Source of the DNA: a virus
Lineage: Duplodnaviria; Caudoviricetes
DNA length: 52,130 bases
Direction: 5' to 3' (one strand)
IMG/VR virus record: IMGVR_UViG_3300037247_000710
Location: 1-52,130 of that record
Position 1 is the stretch's first letter, and every line of letters begins with the position of its first letter. This document shows, piece after piece, positions 10,115 to 19,353 of this stretch. The notes beneath the pieces were generated by a model. That model did not search any database and was not told the origin of the DNA. It saw nothing but the letters and a program-made list of their open reading frames with translations. The position numbers were made by a program, and so were the translations under genes.

Positions 10115-10495
10115 ATGGCAAGCAAAGCTGAAGTCAAAGAGGCAGGGATTCGTATAGGTGTCAATCAGCTCGTCACTTACGCGAGTCTCGTGCCCATCTT
10201 CTGGTTCATCCTTCAACCTATCCTTGTGGATGCACTGGCTGAAGAGATGCAGGAGTCGATCAAGCAGACCGTCGCAACTGAGGTTGCTCCGATCAACAAT
10301 GCATTCGTGGCACTGCTTCAACGGGACATCAATGCAACTAGAAAGGACATGGCGGCGTTGAGATTTCGTCGGGATAATCCACCGGATGATGACTGGACTG
10401 CTGAGGATGCAGCGTATTTAGCAGACTTAGAAATTCAAATGGATGCACTCGAAGAAGCGAAGGCCGCACTTCAGGCAAACACAGATACGAGCTGA
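10115..10495 (+). CDS. Membrane-anchored coiled-coil protein, possibly lysis-related
   Basis: Start refined to MASKAEV (RBS GGAGA); hydrophobic LVTYASLVPIFWFILQPIL then heptad-rich tail. Confidence 0.6.
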   Translation: MASKAEVKEAGIRIGVNQLVTYASLVPIFWFILQPILVDALAEEMQESIKQTVATEVAPINNAFVALLQRDINATRKDMAALRFRRDNPPDDDWTAEDAAYLADLEIQMDALEEAKAALQANTDTS

Positions 10496-10962
10496 TGGAC
10501 GCGACGCAGCTACGGAAATTGATCGTTCGACCTTCTCTGGAGGAGGTCGGACTTCATTCCGCTGCTGCCGAAGATCTTGTCATGGGGACTGCGGCTCAAG
10601 AGTCGCACCTCATGTACGTTAAGCAGCTGGGAGGTGGTCCCGCGTTGTCGTTGTTTCAGATTGAACCGGCGACGTATAAAGATTACTGGGATAACTATCT
10701 CAATCATCGTGTGGACTTGATTACAGAGATACAAAAAGCCTGTGGATTCCAAGGAGTGCCTGAACCTTCACGGTTGGTTTGGGACCTTAAATTTGCGTCC
10801 ATCATGTGTCGCATTCACTACAGAAGGATCAGTAGTCCTCTTCCAGAACACGGTGACATTGCAGGTTACGCCGCGTACTGGAAGAAGTATTACAACACCG
10901 TCCACGGGGCGGGAACTGAAGAAGAGTTCGTGCAGAATTATGAGTTAGTGGAGGAGAATTAA
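10495..10962 (+). CDS. Endolysin, lysozyme/transglycosylase-like fold
   Basis: GTAAQES (candidate catalytic Glu) ... GGGPALSLFQIEPAT ... YWKKYYNT; adjacent to holin- and lipoprotein-like genes. Confidence 0.7.
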   Translation: MDATQLRKLIVRPSLEEVGLHSAAAEDLVMGTAAQESHLMYVKQLGGGPALSLFQIEPATYKDYWDNYLNHRVDLITEIQKACGFQGVPEPSRLVWDLKFASIMCRIHYRRISSPLPEHGDIAGYAAYWKKYYNTVHGAGTEEEFVQNYELVEEN

Positions 10963-10963
10963 A

Positions 10964-11197
10964 ATGAACACAATCATTGGAGCGTTTATCGCGACCCTCA
11001 TTGCCATGGCGACAGCAGCATTGGCGCTGCTGAGCGGAGCCAACGTCGATTCGTTGAGTGACATCTCCGGTCTCCAGTGGACCATTCTGTTCATCGGTGG
11101 GTTGATCACATTCGGTAAAGACTTCCAAGCGATTTCCGCCCGTCGTTTGGTAAACAGGGTCACAGGATCGGGTGATGGAGGAGGTACCGTAGGATGA
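10964..11197 (+). CDS. Putative holin (two hydrophobic segments)
   Basis: 77 aa, two hydrophobic stretches, basic C-terminal patch; follows endolysin. Confidence 0.6.
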   Translation: MNTIIGAFIATLIAMATAALALLSGANVDSLSDISGLQWTILFIGGLITFGKDFQAISARRLVNRVTGSGDGGGTVG

Positions 11198-11616
11198 ACC
11201 ACGTAACCGTAGGAGTACGTCAGTTTCAGACGTTCTATCTACTCGCAATCGTGCTCTTGCTGCAAGCATGTGCAGGAGCGAATCCGATTTCGAAGGCAGA
11301 AACGACTGAACAGAGAGCGTTCGCAACGTACGGCACGTTTGTGATCATCGAGGAGCAAGCTGCGAAGCTGGTCTCCAGCGGACAGATCCCGGACAGTGCT
11401 GTGCGTGCTATTGCACGTGCAGATGCACAAGCGAAACCAGTAGCAGATTCCCTGCTAGATGCGACGCTCGAATTCATAGTAATTAGATCAGAGTACGAAG
11501 CAGGCGAGACAGCGGAGCGCCGATTTGTATCAGCCATGGACAGCCTAAATAATTGGGTAGAACGGGTGAGACCTCTGATCGCTAACTTAATAACCGCTGT
11601 GAGAGGAGCTGAGTAA
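11194..11616 (+). CDS. Lipoprotein, putative spanin component
   Basis: Signal peptide ending in lipobox-like LLLQAC; helical body. Confidence 0.6.
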   Translation: MNHVTVGVRQFQTFYLLAIVLLLQACAGANPISKAETTEQRAFATYGTFVIIEEQAAKLVSSGQIPDSAVRAIARADAQAKPVADSLLDATLEFIVIRSEYEAGETAERRFVSAMDSLNNWVERVRPLIANLITAVRGAE

Positions 11617-12053
11617 TGGGAATTATAGAACTCGCCTTAGTGGCGATAAAAGGTCTGTCCGTGGTTCTGAACAACCCGGCACTTGGCGGAGGCAGCAGTG
11701 TAAAACTGAACGAAGCTTCCGATTTACTTGCGTTGTTAGGCGAACTGTTGACGCGTGGTGATGAGGCTCACGAGGAGCTTGTTGCGTTCACGAAGGTCGT
11801 GGAAGAAATGGCAGCGCAGGGACGGCAACCGACTACTGCAGAGTGGAACACACTCCGTGGTCGAAGTGACGCTGCGCATGATGTCATTCAGGCGGCAGCG
11901 GCAGCTACCGAAGAAGAGGAGACGGAGCAAGTCTTCCTTGAGGACCTGACCAAGGCTGAGCTGTTAGAGCAGGCTGCAAAGGATGGGGTCTCGGTTCCTT
12001 CTTCCGCAACAAAGGCTGACATCATCGCACTGTTAGAGGCTGTCGAGGAGTAA
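11616..12053 (+). CDS. Helical protein with C-terminal HeH/LEM/Rho-N-like module
   Basis: LEDLTKAELLEQAAKDGVSVPSSATKADIIALLE fits helix-extension-helix pattern. Confidence 0.6.
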   Translation: MGIIELALVAIKGLSVVLNNPALGGGSSVKLNEASDLLALLGELLTRGDEAHEELVAFTKVVEEMAAQGRQPTTAEWNTLRGRSDAAHDVIQAAAAATEEEETEQVFLEDLTKAELLEQAAKDGVSVPSSATKADIIALLEAVEE

Positions 12054-12056
12054 TCC

Positions 12057-12701
12057 ATGGCTGTCTCGATGACATTCAACTCGCTCCTTGAAGATATGCG
12101 TAAGTATCTGGAGCGAGGCACGGCTGTCGATCCCTCTGTGTTCGAACAGCTCCCGAGCCTGATTAATCTGGCTGAACGGGAGCTGGCGAACCGGTTGAAA
12201 ATACTGGGATTTGTACGGGTCGTTACGGATACGTTGGGTGTCGGACAGTCTGTGGTACCTAAGCCTGATCGCTGGCGCGACACGATCTCGATCAACATCG
12301 GTGTAGGAACAGAACAGGTACGCACGCAAATATTTGCACGTTCCTATGAATACTGTCGGACTTTTCATCCAGATGAAGATGTCACTGCTCAACCGAAGTT
12401 CTACGCTGATTACGATTACTTCAATTGGTTGTTTGCGCCGTCAGCTAATTTTGCGTATCCATTTGAAGTTAACTACTGGGAGTTGCCTGCACTGCTGGAC
12501 GACACGAACCAGACGAATTGGACGACAGACTTCGCCCCCAATAGTTTGCTTCATGGTGCACTGTTGCAGGCGACTCCCTTTTTGAAGAACGATGAACGCA
12601 TTCCCATATGGGAAGCAATTTACGAGAAAGACGTTGCAATACTTGAGGCGCAAGACATGAAACGCATTATTGATAGAAACGTTACGAGGGAGTCTGTCTA
12701 A
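12057..12701 (+). CDS. Head-tail adaptor / tail tubular protein A-like
   Basis: MTFNSL...LINLAERE...P.FYA...L..TNQTNW....PN.LLHGALLQA.PFLKNDERI..W pattern of podophage adaptors. Confidence 0.65.
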   Translation: MAVSMTFNSLLEDMRKYLERGTAVDPSVFEQLPSLINLAERELANRLKILGFVRVVTDTLGVGQSVVPKPDRWRDTISINIGVGTEQVRTQIFARSYEYCRTFHPDEDVTAQPKFYADYDYFNWLFAPSANFAYPFEVNYWELPALLDDTNQTNWTTDFAPNSLLHGALLQATPFLKNDERIPIWEAIYEKDVAILEAQDMKRIIDRNVTRESV

Positions 12702-15031
12702 TGGCATTCACTGACGTCTTTGGCGGAGATCTAATCTTCCCGTCGCAGCTTAGTTATCTAAAAATTACTACTGCAGTAGACATCACGCTGCAGTGGCCGC
12801 GAGAGCAACAGATTGAAGGTACGAATGTTGTTGCTGACTTCTTGGACATCGACGCTACTGTTGCTTCGATTAATATCAGCATGCCGTCTGCCAGTGTTAC
12901 GAGTACAGGCAATAAAACCACGATCAATAACGTGGGCTCCAATGACTTCGACGTAGTTGATAACACCGGGGGATCGATTCAGACCATCATGCCCGGTCAG
13001 CAATGGGTCATTGTTCTTACCGACAACACGACACAAGCTGGCTTATGGTTAACTTTCCAGATGGGCGCTACCGTTTCTAATGCGTCAGCTGCTGCACTGG
13101 CAGGTGCAGGTATCAAAGCTGTTTCTAACACACTGAATCAAAAGATCGATTCTGACATCAAAGCTTTATCACCGATTACCGTTGTCGATGGCGACCGAGC
13201 GAAGTGTTTAATCTGGGTAGGTGGCGCAGGACAAGCTGATCTGCCTGATCCGGGAGCAGTTGGTGACGACTGGTTCTTCATGATCCGTAACTCTGGCACC
13301 GGTACACTGACCATCGTTCCTCCGTCAGGAACGATTGATGGTGCTTCAGAGATTACTATTGAGCCTAATGGCAGTACGTTCATCTTCACGGATGGCACGG
13401 ACTTTTTCACCGTCGGGCTCACTACTTCTTCGACTATCGGGTTTGATTTTGTTTCACTTCCTGTTCCGGGGTCGGGTGACTTTATCCTCTCTGGGGCAAA
13501 TACAGATCGTATCTCGTATCGCTTCACAGGTGCACTTACTGGTAACCGACGCATCGTCGTGCCGAATACCACGCAGCAATACTGGGTGGAGAATCAGACA
13601 ACAGGTGCATTCCAGTTAACTGTCTCGACATCTGCACAGGTATCACCCCCAGAGGTGGAACAGGGTCAGACTGTAATTTTCTCCTGTGACGCTGTCAATG
13701 TGATCAATGCAGTAAATGCCACGTCCATCTCGCTTCCGCTTTCGGTCGTACAAGGTGGTACCGGGGCAAACAATCCTACCGATGCACGAAATAATCTGGA
13801 AGCTGCACACGACGAATTAGACATGATTGCAGGAGATGGTCTGGTTGGTGGTGGTCTCCTCCAAGCAGACGTGACGTTTCAGGTCGCGCCGGGGATAGGT
13901 GTTGGAGTCAATCCCGACGATGTCTTCCTTGACTTTACTACCCTCACGGAAGAGGTCCCGGCTGCGGGTGACTTCATCGCATTCCAAGATCTCGATGACT
14001 CGGACATCACAAAGAAGGTGGCTGTTAGCGACCTTATTAACCCAACACCTCAGCAACTATTCGACAGTGCAGCAAATGTCCGCGTAAGTGCAGAGCTTCT
14101 CGGAGTAATGGAGTTACGGAGTGATGGAAATGTAGACGCTGAAATTCGTGCACTCGTTGGAACTCATGCAGATCAGACGGTCGTCTGGGGACTTGGTCAA
14201 CCTACTGCGTCAACTGACCTTATCCTTGAGAACCTCATACACGGTGGTTTTGTCACAATAGCTGCCGAAAATGCTGTTGGTGTAAGCACGCTACTTGTTA
14301 GAGGTGATCCCGATGGGATCACAGAGTTATTCGCCGCAGGCGTCTGTCGTTTTGAAGCACAGTCACTCGGCAAGATTGCCGTAAGAAGTGATGGCAATAC
14401 CGACACCGAAGATCGTCAATTAGTGTTTGATCATCAGGACCTCTCGGATCGTGGGCGAATAGGATATTTAGGCAATGATGTTTTCATAATCAGAAATGAA
14501 ATTCATGGCGGCAACGTAAACCTTCAAGCTGAAGATGTTGGAGGCACGTTACAGCAAATTCTTCAAGGTAATCCAGACAATGACGTCGCACTGTTTGATG
14601 AAGGAGTGGAAGTTTTTCAAACACGAACTCCCGCGCAAGGTGGCGCTCGCATTAACAATCTTAATACCGGAGCAGGATTTGAACGAGTACTGACCACGGC
14701 AGATCTTGGTGGCGGAGCGGTCATCTTTACTGGATATATACCAGCAAATGGATTTGGAGCAGTTGTACCAGCAGGTTGGTCTGTGGCTAGAACTGGTCTT
14801 GGTGATTACACAGTCACGCATAACCTTGGTTTAAGTGATGTCAATGACCTTATTATCATGTTAACACCCATAGGAACCATCGCTAATGAAGCCAATCAGC
14901 TTATAGCAACCGTAATATTTCGCGCAACTAACGTGTTTACGGTACAACTTGGCAACCCTGACATGGGTTTTGCAGGGGGCGCAGGTAATGTAGATAAAGA
15001 GTGGCAGTTTATGATAGTTGATAATTCATAA
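12701..15031 (+). CDS. Tail fibre/spike-like protein 3 (776 aa)
   Basis: FTGALTGNRRIVVP, LSVVQGGTGA..ARNNL, repeated RSDGNxDxExR units, C-terminal RTGLGDYTVTHNLG domain. Confidence 0.75.
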   Translation: MAFTDVFGGDLIFPSQLSYLKITTAVDITLQWPREQQIEGTNVVADFLDIDATVASINISMPSASVTSTGNKTTINNVGSNDFDVVDNTGGSIQTIMPGQQWVIVLTDNTTQAGLWLTFQMGATVSNASAAALAGAGIKAVSNTLNQKIDSDIKALSPITVVDGDRAKCLIWVGGAGQADLPDPGAVGDDWFFMIRNSGTGTLTIVPPSGTIDGASEITIEPNGSTFIFTDGTDFFTVGLTTSSTIGFDFVSLPVPGSGDFILSGANTDRISYRFTGALTGNRRIVVPNTTQQYWVENQTTGAFQLTVSTSAQVSPPEVEQGQTVIFSCDAVNVINAVNATSISLPLSVVQGGTGANNPTDARNNLEAAHDELDMIAGDGLVGGGLLQADVTFQVAPGIGVGVNPDDVFLDFTTLTEEVPAAGDFIAFQDLDDSDITKKVAVSDLINPTPQQLFDSAANVRVSAELLGVMELRSDGNVDAEIRALVGTHADQTVVWGLGQPTASTDLILENLIHGGFVTIAAENAVGVSTLLVRGDPDGITELFAAGVCRFEAQSLGKIAVRSDGNTDTEDRQLVFDHQDLSDRGRIGYLGNDVFIIRNEIHGGNVNLQAEDVGGTLQQILQGNPDNDVALFDEGVEVFQTRTPAQGGARINNLNTGAGFERVLTTADLGGGAVIFTGYIPANGFGAVVPAGWSVARTGLGDYTVTHNLGLSDVNDLIIMLTPIGTIANEANQLIATVIFRATNVFTVQLGNPDMGFAGGAGNVDKEWQFMIVDNS

Positions 15032-15040
15032 GGGAATACG

Positions 15041-15433
15041 ATGGCTAAAGTTATTGTAACGAGTGCTCACAATTTCGCGGCTATTGCTGATTTGGCAGGT
15101 TCGGCTCTGGAAAATGTTCCGTACCACAAAACGACTGAATTCAGGTTAGATACCGGTGAACTTGAAGTGCCCGATGTTAGTCAGGCAGATCTCGACACGG
15201 CGTTCGCAGATTATACCGCGAATCAAGTAGCGAGAGATGCAGCATGGGCAGTGAAAGAAGCAGACTTGAAAACAGCGAGTGGACAAGCTGAGTTCGACGA
15301 CCGCGAAGTTCTCCGAGCGTTTGCCAAGCTGTTGGTGAGCGAGTTGAATATCCTGCGAGCCATCGAAGGTCTTCCACCACGAACGTTCGCTCAGCTGCGT
15401 ACTGCGATCAGGGATGAGATAGCGAATCCGTAA
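15041..15433 (+). CDS. Putative tail-fibre chaperone/accessory protein (paralog of 9408..9785)
   Basis: Follows fibre 3; clear similarity to the 9408 ORF. Confidence 0.65.
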   Translation: MAKVIVTSAHNFAAIADLAGSALENVPYHKTTEFRLDTGELEVPDVSQADLDTAFADYTANQVARDAAWAVKEADLKTASGQAEFDDREVLRAFAKLLVSELNILRAIEGLPPRTFAQLRTAIRDEIANP

Positions 15434-16998
15434 TGGCTAAGCAACCTGCACTCATCGCGTCGCAGCCCGGTATCAAACGGGACGGTACGCGTTTCGACAG
15501 CGAGAACTATATCGACGGTCGATGGTGCAGGTTTCAACGTGGCAAGCCAAAGAAGATGGGTGGTTACCAACAGGTGACTGACACCGTGCCGGAGATTACA
15601 CGCGGCATGACCAGTTTCTCCGAAAACAACATCCAGTTCCTGCATCTTGGACATCCCATGACTATCGGGCAGTACCAAGTTTCGAACGGCTCACTGGGTC
15701 TCTTTACTGATCGTACACCTACACCTTTCAATGACGATATTAATAACCTGTGGCAGTTCGATGTCTTCGCCGACACGGAAGGCACAGGTAATCATATTCT
15801 GGTTGCGCATGCAGCGCCAAACGCATTGGACATTGACAACTCAATTGGTGGTGACATCTACATTGACACGCTGACTGCCACAGCTCCGCTGAGCATAACG
15901 GGATTAAGTACTGATCCGGTTACTGGGTGGAACACCGGTACATTTGGACCCGTCAGCGGCGGCATCGTAGTCAGTGGTCAGTATCTGTTTGCGTTCGGTA
16001 GCAATGGACTGATCAAACAGTCAGCGATCAATAACGTGACGGATGCGCCCGTAGAGTTTAATCTCGGTACACAAAAGATCATCAAGGGATTTCCTCTTCG
16101 AGGTGCAGGCACTGGTCCTGCTGTTTTACTTTGGGGTCTCGACATACTCATTCGAGGTACGTTCCTTGCAGGTGGTCCACCGGACTTTGCATGGGACATC
16201 ATTTCCAGAGGTATCACAGTTTTAAGTTCACAGAGCATCGTTGAGCTAGATGGTATTTACTATTGGCCCGGTGTTGATCGTTGGATGCTGTTCAATGGTG
16301 TCGTACGAGAAATGCCCAACGATATGAACCAGAATTTTTTCTTTGACAATCTCAACTTCACGCATCGGAATAAAGTTTTTGGCTTTAAAATACCCCGCTA
16401 CGGTGAAATCTGGTGGTGCTATCCGCGTGGCAATGCAACCGAGTGTACCCACGCAGTGATCTTCAATACACGCGAAGGTTACTGGTACGACACTCCGTTA
16501 CCTGATTCCGACAGCACCAATCAGGGGCGGACAGCTGGTATCTACGCCGACGTGTACCAGCGTCCGTTCATGGTGGACAACGAGAAGACCTTCAACGGTC
16601 GCACACTCTGGCAACACGAGACGGCATTCGACAAGATCCGCACGTCGCAGATCAGTGCTGTCCAGTCGTTTTTCGAGACCCACGAATTGAACCTGTTAGA
16701 TACCGGTCAGAGCACCAAGTCAATTAGTTGTTCCTACTTGGAACCTGACTTCGTGCAGATAGGTGACATGACTGTGACAATGAAGGGGCGTGCGAACGCG
16801 AAGGCTCCCGTGACGGAAGTGACTCCGGCAAGAACCATCTTCGAGACTCCTGCCACGAGCGATGAAGAGACCGTGAAGTTCAAAGACATAAAGCGATTAA
16901 TGAGCTTCAGGTTTGAGTCGAACGTAGGTGGAGGGAATTACGAACTGGGCAAGACTTACGCACACATCGAGCCTGCCGATGGAAGGGTAGAGTCATGA
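15433..16998 (+). CDS. Tail hub/nozzle protein (P22 gp10 / T7 gp12-like beta-propeller)
   Basis: PGIKRDGT...W.RF..GKPKKMGG start; EIWWCYP..ATECTHAVIFN..E..WY; located before ejection genes. Confidence 0.65.
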   Translation: MAKQPALIASQPGIKRDGTRFDSENYIDGRWCRFQRGKPKKMGGYQQVTDTVPEITRGMTSFSENNIQFLHLGHPMTIGQYQVSNGSLGLFTDRTPTPFNDDINNLWQFDVFADTEGTGNHILVAHAAPNALDIDNSIGGDIYIDTLTATAPLSITGLSTDPVTGWNTGTFGPVSGGIVVSGQYLFAFGSNGLIKQSAINNVTDAPVEFNLGTQKIIKGFPLRGAGTGPAVLLWGLDILIRGTFLAGGPPDFAWDIISRGITVLSSQSIVELDGIYYWPGVDRWMLFNGVVREMPNDMNQNFFFDNLNFTHRNKVFGFKIPRYGEIWWCYPRGNATECTHAVIFNTREGYWYDTPLPDSDSTNQGRTAGIYADVYQRPFMVDNEKTFNGRTLWQHETAFDKIRTSQISAVQSFFETHELNLLDTGQSTKSISCSYLEPDFVQIGDMTVTMKGRANAKAPVTEVTPARTIFETPATSDEETVKFKDIKRLMSFRFESNVGGGNYELGKTYAHIEPADGRVES

Positions 16999-17261
16999 GC
17001 ATCATCAATCCCCAAGGTTTCGACAATGTCATCGAGTGGGCGGACTTCATGACAGGTTCACTGGGGTTCTTCTCAGATCAGATATGTGGGTCAGACCCTA
17101 ATTACGAACGCTTGGACGACCCTGATCGGTGGCAGAGCTGGGCTATGGGTGTGTTCGGTGGAGTAGATGCGCTTGGACAGGACGCGCCCGATCCATACGC
17201 ATATGATGACTGGCGCGAGTGGGCAGCAAGACTTTTTTCAACTTCGAATTTTACGGGATAG
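16995..17261 (+). CDS. Small Trp-rich virion protein
   Basis: W..WA...PDPYAYDDWREWA; ATGA overlap with hub gene. Confidence 0.65.
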   Translation: MSIINPQGFDNVIEWADFMTGSLGFFSDQICGSDPNYERLDDPDRWQSWAMGVFGGVDALGQDAPDPYAYDDWREWAARLFSTSNFTG

Positions 17262-17265
17262 AGCT

Positions 17266-19353
17266 ATGCCATTACTTAAGGGTGAGATGGAAAAAGGTAA
17301 GGAACTTGTGGGGCAGGGTCGTCTTCTTGCGCAAGCGGCACGCGGAGAGAACTGGTCGAATGTACTTGATACGAATCAGGACAGACTCCGAGCTGGGAGA
17401 GGATCAGCTAAACGTCTTATGAAAGGTACACGTATGCAAAACCTAGCTCAGAGACAACAGCAAGCTGCGGAGACGATGCAGCCCAAAGGTGGTCTGGCTC
17501 AGCTGATGGCACAGCAGGGCGCTTCGAAATCCATGGTCGAGGATGTGCAGAAGATCGAGGACACACCGGGAGGCAAGGAGTTGCTCTACACGCAGGCAGC
17601 TCAGGGACTGATGAAGAAGCAGGGTGTGCCGGAGAAAGATACCAAGAAGGTCCGTCTCTACCGGTACGGGGGTGCAGTCGAGCGAGCTTATGCTAAAGGT
17701 GGTGACGTCAAGGCTGCAGCAGCGAAGGCACAGGGCGCAGGACGTGGCGAAGACGAGATGCTGGTTCACATGACCGGAGAAGAGTTCGGTGTTATCAAAG
17801 GCATGTGGGGTGAACCTGATATCAACCCGAACACCGGACTACCTGAGTACGGATTCCTCAGCAAGATCTGGAAGAAGGTCAAGAAAGTTGTGAAGAAGGT
17901 CGTCCAATCAAAGATCTTTCAGGTCCTCGCACCTATCGCGTTGTCAATCTTTGTACCGGGTCTCGGTGCTGCCATCGGTGGCATGCTGGGAGCGAGTGGT
18001 ACTACTGCTAGTGTGATCGGTAACGCTCTGGTTCGAGGTGGACTGAGTGCAGCCGGTGGTGGTGACTTTGCAACTGGAGCAATTTCCGGGGCTATCTCTG
18101 GGGGGCTTGGTTCTCTGGCTGGTGAACAGGTTGGGAAACTAGGTCTCGGTCTGTCCGACCGTACCGCAGAAATCGTTGGCTCCAGCTTGGCAAGTGGCGC
18201 AGGTTCCTCACTGACTGGTGGCGACTTCGTTACAGGTGCCCTTGCCGGAGCTACCGGGGAGATGATGCGTCCGATGATGGAAGGCGTCACCGCGAAAGGA
18301 CAGGCGATGTTAGGTCTTCAAGATCCAGCTGGTGGTGGCATTCTGGCTGAGAGAATTCCCGAAGGGACTGGTGCCCTTGAGGATGTAGCTGGTCTGGGAG
18401 CTGAAGGTCTGGCACCGGGTGAAATAGGTCCGCCTGAGACGCCCCCAGTGGTAGGTCCAACACGTGAGGAGATGGGAGCTGTTGGTGGAGGTAAACTAGC
18501 AACACAGCAGGTAACTCCAGATACTGGTGCTCCGCAAGATCCAAGCTTCCTGCAGCAATACGGTATGCCTGCGCTATTGGCGGCAGGTGCACTCGGTGGT
18601 GGCGAATACGAAGAAGGCGAGCCTCCTCCGTTGCCGGAAGGTTGGAATGATCCGTTGCCGCTTTACGAAATGAATCGACAGTTCCAAGGCATGGACCCCG
18701 ATGCGTACTACACGTACGGACAGGCAGGTGCACCTCAATCTGGACAGCATCTGTTCATGCAGCCTGAGCCCTTCGCCGGAGTGCCCACCGACCCGACGAC
18801 CCCAACTCCGGGAGCTGGAGGCAACATGCAGGCTATGATCGCAGCTGGTCAGCCAGTGCCTGCCAACATGGTAGGTGTCGCTGGATCAGCACCTTTGACG
18901 CAGGCTGGTTACACGCAAGATCCCAACACAGGTAACTGGAATCCACCACAGCAGCTGGGGCAGGGCATGCCGCAGGCTCGTGGTGGCTACCAGCGTGGAG
19001 GTGAGTTCGACTACTGGTCTCAGAATGCAGACGTTCCTCGTGTAGCGCCCACTGTGAGCGCTCAGGGACGTTATGTTAAAGGGCAGGGCACTGGCAGGTC
19101 TGATGACATCCCGGCTCGACTGAGCGACGGTGAGTACGTCATGGACGCAGAAACGGTGGCGCTCTTGGGTGACGGATCGGGAAGTGCCGGGGCTAAACGG
19201 CTCGACGAGATGCGCCGGAATCTGCGTAAGCACAAAGCTCAGAACCTCAAGAAGGGGGGCTTCAGCCACAAGGCGAAGACACCCCACCAGTACATGGCGC
19301 GAGGCGGCATGGCAAAACTCCGCCGAGCAATGACCGAGTCAGGGAGAATATAA
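17266..19353 (+). CDS. Internal virion/ejection protein with xxx-GG motifs and hydrophobic Gly/Ala-rich membrane segment
   Basis: Start refined to MPLLKGE; GRGEDEMLVH...INPNTGLPEY and GTGRSDDIPARLSDGEYV motifs; Gly-zipper region. Confidence 0.7.
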   Translation: MPLLKGEMEKGKELVGQGRLLAQAARGENWSNVLDTNQDRLRAGRGSAKRLMKGTRMQNLAQRQQQAAETMQPKGGLAQLMAQQGASKSMVEDVQKIEDTPGGKELLYTQAAQGLMKKQGVPEKDTKKVRLYRYGGAVERAYAKGGDVKAAAAKAQGAGRGEDEMLVHMTGEEFGVIKGMWGEPDINPNTGLPEYGFLSKIWKKVKKVVKKVVQSKIFQVLAPIALSIFVPGLGAAIGGMLGASGTTASVIGNALVRGGLSAAGGGDFATGAISGAISGGLGSLAGEQVGKLGLGLSDRTAEIVGSSLASGAGSSLTGGDFVTGALAGATGEMMRPMMEGVTAKGQAMLGLQDPAGGGILAERIPEGTGALEDVAGLGAEGLAPGEIGPPETPPVVGPTREEMGAVGGGKLATQQVTPDTGAPQDPSFLQQYGMPALLAAGALGGGEYEEGEPPPLPEGWNDPLPLYEMNRQFQGMDPDAYYTYGQAGAPQSGQHLFMQPEPFAGVPTDPTTPTPGAGGNMQAMIAAGQPVPANMVGVAGSAPLTQAGYTQDPNTGNWNPPQQLGQGMPQARGGYQRGGEFDYWSQNADVPRVAPTVSAQGRYVKGQGTGRSDDIPARLSDGEYVMDAETVALLGDGSGSAGAKRLDEMRRNLRKHKAQNLKKGGFSHKAKTPHQYMARGGMAKLRRAMTESGRI

